Assembly (NCBI GenBank): GCA_003144275.1
Contig: NJBF01000010.1
Coordinates: forward strand, 1-32,000
DNA from: Candidatus Heimdallarchaeota archaeon B3_Heim
GTDB taxonomy: Archaea > Asgardarchaeota > Heimdallarchaeia > Hodarchaeales > Hodarchaeaceae
Length of the DNA stretch: 32,000 bases
Direction of reading: 5' to 3'
The notes beneath the pieces were generated by a model. It saw nothing but the letters and a program-made list of their open reading frames with translations. It was not told where the DNA came from and did no database searches. A program made the translations under genes and the position numbers. Of the stretch, positions 8,760 to 16,222 are shown in pieces (the stretch's first letter is position 1; the number at the start of each line of letters is the position of its first letter).

Positions 8760-10085
8760 TTGAGTTCTGATATCGCAGAGATGGCACGCAGTTCCGGTAT
8801 AGTCGGAGCAGGTGGAGCTGGTTTTCCTACCCATGTGAAACTTTCTGCGAAGGTAGATACTTACATTGTCAATGCGGCTGAATGTGAACCTCTCTTAAGA
8901 GTTGATCAACAATTAATGCAGAAATATCCAGAAAAGTTGATAACTGGATTACAACTAGGGATGAAAGCCACAGGGGCAAAAAGAGGTATCATTGCTATAA
9001 AAAGAAAATATAAGTCTGCAATTAAAAAGGTAAAGCAAGCTATCAAAACTGATTCGCGTCTAGAGATTTTTCTATTAGAGGATGTATATCCTGCTGGAGA
9101 TGAGCACGTTCTCGTTTATGAAGCTTTAGGAAAGACAATTCCTGAAAGTGGACTTCCTCTCGATATAGGGGCTGTGGTGAATAATGTTTATACATTAATA
9201 AATCTTGCTGATGCCTCTGAAGGAAAATCGATAGTTTCACGATATGTTACTGTCACAGGTGCAGTAAAAAAACCTGTAACTATGGATTTCCCAATTGGTA
9301 CCTCGATCTTGGATACTATCAAAGCAGCAGGTGGAGCAACGATCGATAATTTTGAAGTATTGATTAATGGACCAATGATGGGAAGTCTTATTGACCCTAA
9401 AAAGCCTATAACAAAGTTAACTTCAGGAGTAATCGTTTTACCAGAGGATCATTTTGTTATTCGAATGAAAAATGAACGTATCTCCTCAAAGGTCATTGTT
9501 ACCAAGGCAGCTTGCATACGCTGCCAGTTGTGCACAGAAGTATGCCCACGATTTCTCCTAGGTCATCAATTATATCCCGATAAGGTCATGCGAGGGATTG
9601 CATGGGGAGCTCCAGAGAGACCCGAGTATATGACAGGAACATTCCTCTGTGTGGAATGTGGTGCATGTACATATTATGGCTGTCCCATGGGCTTAGATCC
9701 TTGTAAAATGATGACAGAAGTCAAAGGTCAGTTGAGAGTAGAGGGATTAAAAAATACTCATAATCGAAAAGTCTTATCGATTCATCCTGAGAGGGAATAT
9801 CGAAAACTACCTGTAAAGAGATTAATGTCTAGGTTGGATTTACTCAATTATGACAATGAGTGTCCAATTCGAAAGCGGAAATTACAGATTCGAGAAGTTT
9901 CAATACCTCTCAAACAACATATCGGTGATCCTGCTATTCCCATCGTGAAGGTAGGAGAAACGGTAAAAAAAGGCGTACTCATTGGAAAGATTCCTGATGG
10001 GTCACTTGGCGCGGTAATTCACGCTAGTATAAGTGGAATTATCCGACATATTGGACAAGAAATTGTCATTGAAAAAACAAAATAA
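8760..10085 (+). CDS. pduS: PduS/RnfC-like flavin, 2x[4Fe-4S] oxidoreductase
   Basis: [72 protein letters not shown]; TTG start. Confidence 0.88.
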   Translation: MSSDIAEMARSSGIVGAGGAGFPTHVKLSAKVDTYIVNAAECEPLLRVDQQLMQKYPEKLITGLQLGMKATGAKRGIIAIKRKYKSAIKKVKQAIKTDSRLEIFLLEDVYPAGDEHVLVYEALGKTIPESGLPLDIGAVVNNVYTLINLADASEGKSIVSRYVTVTGAVKKPVTMDFPIGTSILDTIKAAGGATIDNFEVLINGPMMGSLIDPKKPITKLTSGVIVLPEDHFVIRMKNERISSKVIVTKAACIRCQLCTEVCPRFLLGHQLYPDKVMRGIAWGAPERPEYMTGTFLCVECGACTYYGCPMGLDPCKMMTEVKGQLRVEGLKNTHNRKVLSIHPEREYRKLPVKRLMSRLDLLNYDNECPIRKRKLQIREVSIPLKQHIGDPAIPIVKVGETVKKGVLIGKIPDGSLGAVIHASISGIIRHIGQEIVIEKTK

Positions 10086-10110
10086 GAAACATACAAATGG
10101 TGAAATAAAA

Positions 10111-10389
10111 ATGGCTAAAGAAGCACTTGGATTAATAGAAACAAAAGGATTAGTTGCGTCTATTGAAGCAGCTGATGCAATGGTGAAAGCTGCGAACGTT
10201 CATTTATTGGGACGTGAAGTTATTGGAGGCGGTTATGTCACTGTGATGGTTAGAGGTGATGTAGGTGCAGTTAAAGCTTCCGTTGAAGCTGGTGCAGTTG
10301 CTGCGCGAAAAATTGGTGAGTTAGCTTCAGCACATGTAATCCCCCGTCCTCATGATGAAGTCGAGAGCATTCTTCCCAAGAAAGGATGA
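10111..10389 (+). CDS. BMC-H shell hexamer protein (PduA/EutM-like, probable major shell protein)
   Basis: [27 protein letters not shown]...[15 protein letters not shown]...HVIPRPH; start moved from 10033 to ATG 10111, which has GGTGA at 10099-10103. Confidence 0.97.
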   Translation: MAKEALGLIETKGLVASIEAADAMVKAANVHLLGREVIGGGYVTVMVRGDVGAVKASVEAGAVAARKIGELASAHVIPRPHDEVESILPKKG

Positions 10390-10396
10390 GTGTAAG

Positions 10397-10421
10397 ATTA
10401 GCTGCAGAACGAGCAGCTAAT
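10397..10421 (+). promoter_or_regulatory. intergenic stem-loop after the BMC-H gene
   Basis: ATTAGCTGC-agaacga-GCAGCTAAT, perfect 9-bp stem, no following U-tract. Confidence 0.4.
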
Positions 10422-10466
10422 ATTCACTACTTTCATCTCTGTTAACAATCTTAGAGGTAAAATCAG

Positions 10467-11012
10467 ATGCGTGCAATAGGAGTTCTAGAAACAAATGTAA
10501 TAGCTCGTGGTATATTGAGTGCAGATACAATAGTCAAAACTGCAGATGTAAAGCTATTATTTGCATCACCAGTATGCCCTGGGAAATATCTCATAATTAT
10601 TCAAGGAGCCGTTGCAGCTGTTAAAAGCTCCTTACTTGCTGGAAGTGAAATTGCTGGAGAAACACTAGTAAATTATACAGTAATACCAAATATTCATCCA
10701 GAAGTCTTTCCAGCAATTGCAGGGTCAACTGGTATCGATAAAGTGGGGGCAATAGGAGTGGTTGAAACTTATTCTGCTCCAACAGCTATTATGGTTGGCG
10801 ATGAGGCTGTTAAAAGTGCACAAGTACGACTAATCGAAATTCGGATGAGTCGTGCCATAGGTGGAAAGGCTTTCGTAGTCTTAACAGGAGAAGTCGGTGC
10901 AGTGCGAGCAGCTGTAGATGCTGGTGTTAATCGCGTAAAAGGTGAAGGATTAATATTATCTATGGCAATAATTCCCGCTCCTCATCCAGATTTAGTAAAA
11001 ACTCTCCTATAA
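10467..11012 (+). CDS. pduT: BMC-T tandem-domain shell protein, PduT-like
   Basis: Two BMC domains (AIGVLET...GAVAAV; GAIGVVET...GEVGAV...IPAPH); VCPGKY with Cys37 matching the PduT Fe-S-binding Cys. Confidence 0.9.
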   Translation: MRAIGVLETNVIARGILSADTIVKTADVKLLFASPVCPGKYLIIIQGAVAAVKSSLLAGSEIAGETLVNYTVIPNIHPEVFPAIAGSTGIDKVGAIGVVETYSAPTAIMVGDEAVKSAQVRLIEIRMSRAIGGKAFVVLTGEVGAVRAAVDAGVNRVKGEGLILSMAIIPAPHPDLVKTLL

Positions 11013-11038
11013 AAATAGTTTAAACAAGCTGAAGTCAG

Positions 11039-11497
11039 ATGAAGAAAATAATAATTGGATCCGATCATGGTGGGTTTCATCTTAAGAATGATTTAATGAA
11101 ATTTCTTAAAGGTTTGGGATACGAAGTTTCAGATTATGGGTGCTATTCTACAGACCCTGTTGATTATCCTGACATCGCTTTATTAGTAGCACAAACAGTA
11201 GCTGTCTCGTTGGAATCTTTTGGAATTCTTATTGATGGAACAGGTGTTGCTAGTGCAATTGTGGCAAATAAAATCAAAGGTATAAGAGCAACTCCGTGTA
11301 CTGACGAATTTACTGCCAATTCTGCTCGCGAACATAATAATTCCAATATCCTAACTTTAGGGGCTAGAGTTATTGGTCCTGGGATAGCGCAGAATATTGT
11401 GAAGATTTGGTTAACTACTCACTTTGGTGGGGGAAGACATGAAACAAGAGTGAATAAAATTACTGAGATTGAATTGAAATATCTAAAATCAGCGTGA
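11039..11497 (+). CDS. rpiB: RpiB/LacAB-family sugar-phosphate isomerase
   Basis: GSDHGG, VDYPD, ANKIKGIRA, AREHNNSNILTLGARVIG, FGGGRH; canonical CGTG is DGTG here. Confidence 0.9.
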   Translation: MKKIIIGSDHGGFHLKNDLMKFLKGLGYEVSDYGCYSTDPVDYPDIALLVAQTVAVSLESFGILIDGTGVASAIVANKIKGIRATPCTDEFTANSAREHNNSNILTLGARVIGPGIAQNIVKIWLTTHFGGGRHETRVNKITEIELKYLKSA

Positions 11498-11501
11498 TCT
11501 T

Positions 11502-12056
11502 ATGAAACTTGGTAAAGTAATAGGAAATGTAGTTGCTACAACAAAAGACCCGGGTCTCAATACTTTAAGGCTTTTAGTGGTTCAAGGTTTAGACGATAAC
11601 CTACAACCTCTTGGAAATCCATATGTTGCAGCAGACGGAATTGAAACAGCTGGTCCAGGAGATATCGTCTATGTTGTCAGTAAAAAAGAAGCGGCAATTG
11701 TATTTCCAAAAGAACTAGTTCCAATCGATGAGTGTATTGTCGGATATGTAGAGGAATATTACGTTACGAAAAGCGCAAAACGGAAGCCACAGAAGATACA
11801 AACGAGGAAATCACCTCCACCAACAATTAAACCTCTTGACGAAATTCCCGAAATAAAATCTGACGAAATTCCAGTAGAAACTACGGCCAAACCTATCCCT
11901 AAAACTAAGATAATACCAACAGAAGTAGAAGAGATAACGAAACCAATACCTAAATCAAGGACTAGAACAAAACCTAGATCAAAAGCAACTAGGACAAAAA
12001 AGACAAGAAAAATTAAAGAAAAACAACCTACTTCAAAAGGAAGTGAATCAGAATGA
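11502..12056 (+). CDS. BMC-P shell pentamer with 96-aa Lys/Arg/Pro-rich C-terminal tail
   Basis: MKLGKVIGNVVATTK...AADGIETAGPGDIV...IDECIVGYVE (residues 1-88), then a low-complexity tail. Confidence 0.9.
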   Translation: MKLGKVIGNVVATTKDPGLNTLRLLVVQGLDDNLQPLGNPYVAADGIETAGPGDIVYVVSKKEAAIVFPKELVPIDECIVGYVEEYYVTKSAKRKPQKIQTRKSPPPTIKPLDEIPEIKSDEIPVETTAKPIPKTKIIPTEVEEITKPIPKSRTRTKPRSKATRTKKTRKIKEKQPTSKGSESE

Positions 12057-12340
12057 TTCTTGCTAAGGTTATCGGCAATGTTGTCGCTCCGGTAAAGACT
12101 AGAAGTCATGAAAATGGAAAAATTTTGGTAGTCCGTCCGATAGATATGAAAGGACAATTTACTGAACCATCATTTATCGCGATAGATGTAGCAAGAGCTG
12201 GTATAGGGGATTGTGTTCTCATTATTCGAGAAGGAAATTCTATTCGGAATATAATGAAAGATAATCAAGCAGCAGTCGATGCGTTGATAATAGGTGTTGT
12301 TGATTACGTCCAAGTAGACGGTAAGAATAGTGAATTATAA
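12053..12340 (+). CDS. BMC-P shell pentamer (EutN/CcmL family)
   Basis: MILAKVIGNVV, AIDVARAGIGDCVLIIREG, VDALIIGVVD; ATGA overlap with the previous stop. Confidence 0.93.
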   Translation: MILAKVIGNVVAPVKTRSHENGKILVVRPIDMKGQFTEPSFIAIDVARAGIGDCVLIIREGNSIRNIMKDNQAAVDALIIGVVDYVQVDGKNSEL

Positions 12341-12363
12341 ATAGATAAGTGAAGGTGTAGGAA

Positions 12364-13812
12364 ATGAGTAATGAGATGATTCAAAAAATAACTGAAGAAG
12401 TGATGAGAAAATTAAATCAAGAGGATCTCTCCCCGGTCAAACAAACCAATCTAAATATACAGTCTTCCAAGAAGAATCTTAATTATACCATTTCATCTGG
12501 AAAATCAGCATTAATTTTACTTTGTGGAGGAAATAAAGAAATACAGGAAGTCATGCGACAAATCGAAATCATATCTAAAGCGTATACACATACTTACGTC
12601 GTTATGACACATGCAGCAATAAAATTAATCGGGATACCCGATATTAGAAAAGTCTCCGAAGGAGCAACAATTATCACAGAATTTTCTGAAGAGTATTTTG
12701 ACGATATTTTGGGACGGGTTGATGTTATTTATGTACCTATACTATCCTTAAATACAGCAGCAAAAGTTGCACTGTTAAATGCTGATTCTCTAGGAACTAT
12801 TACACTAGTTTTTGGTTTAATGTACGGAAAACCTGTAATTGCTGCTCATAATTCCATTTACTGCTGTCAAATTGAAAAAGAACAAGTACCACCTATTATG
12901 ATTCGACGTATTGAAGGAATTATTGATCAGTTGACATCAATGGGAATAACTATGGTAAATATCCATAGTTTATCAGACCAACAACCTTCCCCTTATACTC
13001 CAACAACACCTGAGCGCTCATATACGGTTGGAACTGCAGGAAAAGATATTGGCTTAGATGGAAAATCACAAGTTGCTGTCAAAGCATTAGTCAATGGAGG
13101 AGCAGCAAGAATAACTTCGGAGACTGGAATCAATGGTTATGACATGGACCTAGCTCAATATATTGATCATACTAATTTACGAGCAGATGCAACAGAGGAT
13201 GAAATTAAGCAGTTGTGTGAAGAAGCAGCTAATTACAAATTTGCGTCAGTTTGTATAAATCCCACAAATGTTTCAAAAGCTGCTAAAATTTTGAAGGGTA
13301 GTTCGGTAAAAGTCTGTACTGTTATAGGTTTTCCTTTAGGTGCGACAACCCCAACTGTTAAGGCAATAGAAACCCGTGATGCAGTAGCAAATGGTGCTGA
13401 GGAGGTAGATATGGTTATTAATGTTGGAGCGTTGAAGTCGGGAAATGACGATCTCGTGCGCGAGGATATCGAAGCCGTTGTAAATGCTGCTGCTGGGAAG
13501 GCAATTGTTAAAGTTATCCTTGAAACTGCTCTATTAACAAAAGAACAAATCGTTAAAGGTAGCTTATTCACAAAATTGAGCGGGGCCGACTTTGTAAAAA
13601 CCTCAACAGGGTTTAGTACAGCAGGAGCTTTAGTCGAGGATATAGCTCTCATGCGAAAGACTGTGGGGCCAGAAATGGGAATAAAGGCTGCTGGAGGGAT
13701 TAGAACACATGAAATTGCAGAAGACATGATTAAAGCAGGCGCAACTCGAATTGGAGCTTCTGCCTCGATAGCTATTGTTAAAGAGACTGATACGAAGTCA
13801 GGTAAGTACTAG
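12364..13812 (+). CDS. deoC: encapsulation peptide + flavoprotein-like domain fused to deoxyribose-phosphate aldolase
   Basis: N: [13 protein letters not shown]; middle: [13 protein letters not shown]...GKPVIAA; C: [55 protein letters not shown]. Confidence 0.93.
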   Translation: MSNEMIQKITEEVMRKLNQEDLSPVKQTNLNIQSSKKNLNYTISSGKSALILLCGGNKEIQEVMRQIEIISKAYTHTYVVMTHAAIKLIGIPDIRKVSEGATIITEFSEEYFDDILGRVDVIYVPILSLNTAAKVALLNADSLGTITLVFGLMYGKPVIAAHNSIYCCQIEKEQVPPIMIRRIEGIIDQLTSMGITMVNIHSLSDQQPSPYTPTTPERSYTVGTAGKDIGLDGKSQVAVKALVNGGAARITSETGINGYDMDLAQYIDHTNLRADATEDEIKQLCEEAANYKFASVCINPTNVSKAAKILKGSSVKVCTVIGFPLGATTPTVKAIETRDAVANGAEEVDMVINVGALKSGNDDLVREDIEAVVNAAAGKAIVKVILETALLTKEQIVKGSLFTKLSGADFVKTSTGFSTAGALVEDIALMRKTVGPEMGIKAAGGIRTHEIAEDMIKAGATRIGASASIAIVKETDTKSGKY

Positions 13813-13822
13813 AGGGTATTGG

Positions 13823-15001
13823 TTGATTATCCTAACCATTAATTCAGGTTCTTCATCTCTAAAATATTCAATTTACCAAATGGAGAATCGTAAAATTTTA
13901 GCAAAAGGATTAGTGGAAAGAATAGGTCTCTCCAATCCTCATATTTCTCATAATAGCGAAGCTAAAGAGATTAAGGAACAGATAAAGTGTAATAACCATG
14001 AAGATGCCATAAGTTATGTATTAAACTTCTTTAATTTACACGAAGTTGATGCAGTGGCGCATAGGGTAGTACATGGAGGAGAAAGATTTCAGAAAGAGGT
14101 AATCATTGACACAAAGGTTGAATCTGAAATAGAAAACCTTTCTGAATTGGCCCCACTTCATAATCCCGCAAATCTAATAGGAATTCGAGCTTGTCAAAAA
14201 ATGCTTCCAGATATTCCACATGTAGCAATATTTGATACATCTTTTCATAATACTATTCCAGAGTATGCTTTTCGTTATGCAATCCCAGCAAAATGGCATA
14301 TAGAAAAATCCTTTAGAAGATATGGTTTTCATGGTACTTCCGTTGAATTTGTAACAAGTAGAACTATTGAAATTCTAGGATTGGAGAATAGTCGACGGAT
14401 AATTGTATTACATCTTGGAAATGGAGCATCAATAACTGCTGTGCGCAATGGTGAGTCTATTGATACAAGCATGGGCTTAACTCCTCTCGAAGGCCTTATT
14501 ATGGGGACACGTTCAGGGGATATCGATCCAGGTCTTATACTTGCTATGATGCGATCACAGAAAATGTCAGTCGACCAAATAGATCAAGAACTCAACACTA
14601 AGAGTGGCTTGCTAGGAATAACTGGTAAATTCAGAGATATGAGGGAGATTCAGATTAATGCCCAAGAAGGAAACTCTGCAGCACAATTAGCAATCCAGAT
14701 GGCAGTTTATCGGATACAAAAATATATTGGTGCATATTTTGTCGCCTTGGGTGGTCTAGATGCCATTGTATTTACAGGGGGAATAGGGGAAAGGTCTTCT
14801 TATTTCCGAAATTCTATCGTCAAAGGATTAGGGAGTCTGGGTATACTACTAGATCATTCTAAAAATAAAACTTCAGATGGAGAGGAAGAAGAAATAATTT
14901 CTTCTTTAGAATCTAAAACTCAAGTATTAGTAATTCCAACTAATGAAGAATATATGATGGCCTTAAAAACTCTGAAATTGTTGGCAATAGAGAGTAAGTA
15001 A
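13823..15001 (+). CDS. ackA: acetate/propionate kinase
   Basis: INSGSSSLKY, HRVVHGG, APLHNP, FDTSFH, RRYGFHGTS, HLGNGAS, TSMGLTPLEG, FTGGIGE, IPTNEE; start placed at TTG 13823 after GAGGGT. Confidence 0.95.
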   Translation: MIILTINSGSSSLKYSIYQMENRKILAKGLVERIGLSNPHISHNSEAKEIKEQIKCNNHEDAISYVLNFFNLHEVDAVAHRVVHGGERFQKEVIIDTKVESEIENLSELAPLHNPANLIGIRACQKMLPDIPHVAIFDTSFHNTIPEYAFRYAIPAKWHIEKSFRRYGFHGTSVEFVTSRTIEILGLENSRRIIVLHLGNGASITAVRNGESIDTSMGLTPLEGLIMGTRSGDIDPGLILAMMRSQKMSVDQIDQELNTKSGLLGITGKFRDMREIQINAQEGNSAAQLAIQMAVYRIQKYIGAYFVALGGLDAIVFTGGIGERSSYFRNSIVKGLGSLGILLDHSKNKTSDGEEEEIISSLESKTQVLVIPTNEEYMMALKTLKLLAIESK

Positions 15002-15026
15002 GCCTTTAGCTTTTCGGGGTATATTT

Positions 15027-16169
15027 TTAAGTTTTGAAGTCCTTGGGTAGGCCGATTTGACGAGCTATTATTTCACTCAGTTTATCTGAACGTGGACGTG
15101 AATCAGTAAGAAATTCCTCTAGATTAATTTCAACCTGTTTTAATTTCTCTCTCTCATCAGAATGTAGATTACCTTTAGATATGTGATATTCAAAAAACTT
15201 GCATGCCAATTGAGGAGCTTTTGTCATTTGGATTATATCCTCATCTGGAAGCATTCGAATTCTATAAAAGGTTTGATTTACACGAGAATCAAAAATGTGG
15301 CTTTTAGGATGAACAATAGCGGTTAAATAACTTCTCCCTTGTGTTACATCGTCCTCCTCCATCCAGATATCACTTCCAAAAGACCACATTTCATAATCTA
15401 TTCCCCATATTCGTGATGCTTTTTTATTTTTGTCCATTTGAACTAAGTAGTTACCAGCATTTCGATCAGGATCATTTAACCAAATATCAAATGGTAATAG
15501 AAGATAAGCATCATCAATGCTTTGTATTGCAGCAAAACCAGCATCTAAATCGGCCTTTTGATCATCTAAGTATTCATCGATATTCTTACTATCAGGAATT
15601 TTCTCTTGGAGGAGAGCTAAGACATCAACGGCTTTCTTACGATTACTTTTTTTGGCTAATACTTCCTCAAAGCGATCTGAAGTAGTTAAAGATCCAATTT
15701 CACGTTCTGAAAAATGATAAAATTCTTCAGCTGAATCCCCTTCATCTTCCTCCTCATCTAAAATTATAACATCATCCTCTCTAAGGATTGTAGTAGATTT
15801 GAGTACAAATTTGGAAACTTTCCGAGAACAAATTAGATGTGTTTCTGGTACATTTAAATATAATCGTCTCCCAAGACGCGAAGCAGTCATCTCGTTTAAA
15901 GCTCGCCATAAATGAAGACGATCTCGGCTACGTTCGGGAGTATCTTGGATATCTACTTCCAAGTCTGATACTTTTTTTACGTCAAAGTCGATAATGTGAG
16001 AAAACACTTTTAGAAGCCACTCTTTCCCTTGATGGTCAACGAGAATCGTGGCTTTTCCATGTTGGCCAGCTGCAGACAGAGTTTTATCAGAAAGTTTTAA
16101 TTTATTCTTGATGTTTATTCGTTTATCATCTGTGTAAAGAACTAAATCCCATTCAGACATAATAATCAT
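15027..16169 (-). CDS. HipA-like / PI3-PI4-kinase-like atypical kinase
   Basis: WLLKVF (beta-3 Lys), NEMTASRLGRRLYLNVPET (alpha-C), FDIWLNDPDRNAGNYL (catalytic loop), IWGIDYE; start may be ATG 16160. Confidence 0.72.
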   Translation of the reverse strand: MIIMSEWDLVLYTDDKRINIKNKLKLSDKTLSAAGQHGKATILVDHQGKEWLLKVFSHIIDFDVKKVSDLEVDIQDTPERSRDRLHLWRALNEMTASRLGRRLYLNVPETHLICSRKVSKFVLKSTTILREDDVIILDEEEDEGDSAEEFYHFSEREIGSLTTSDRFEEVLAKKSNRKKAVDVLALLQEKIPDSKNIDEYLDDQKADLDAGFAAIQSIDDAYLLLPFDIWLNDPDRNAGNYLVQMDKNKKASRIWGIDYEMWSFGSDIWMEEDDVTQGRSYLTAIVHPKSHIFDSRVNQTFYRIRMLPDEDIIQMTKAPQLACKFFEYHISKGNLHSDEREKLKQVEINLEEFLTDSRPRSDKLSEIIARQIGLPKDFKT

Positions 16170-16222
16170 CCCTAAAATATGAGATAAATTAGTTCTTGAA
16201 AGGAATAGATTATTAAAAAACT

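Larger units (their letters stand above)
4047..15001 (+). other. bacterial-microcompartment (metabolosome) gene cluster, DeoC/RpiB (SPU-like) type
   Basis: 13 co-oriented genes with short gaps or overlaps: 6 shell genes (2 BMC-H, 1 BMC-T, 3 BMC-P), AldDH, PduS, PduL, AckA, DeoC, RpiB, flavoprotein-like. Confidence 0.93.

Noticed and set aside
4047-15001. Carboxysome, Pdu, Eut or glycyl-radical microcompartment
   Set aside because: No RuBisCO, diol dehydratase, ethanolamine ammonia-lyase or glycyl-radical enzyme; DeoC and RpiB are the only candidate signature enzymes
4914-15685. ORFs 4914-5108, 7571-7786, 7929-8243, 7942-8163, 8469-8834, 9043-9240, 11164-11346, 11759-12157, 13233-13727 (all -) and 15341-15685 (+)
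   Set aside because: Antisense overlaps of well-supported genes; the hydrophobic look of 11759-12157 just mirrors the Lys-rich tail codons
1249-16200. Genomic island integrated at the tRNA-Met
   Set aside because: No integrase or transposase, no repeat of the tRNA 3' end noticed by eye, and eS30 lies between the tRNA and the cluster
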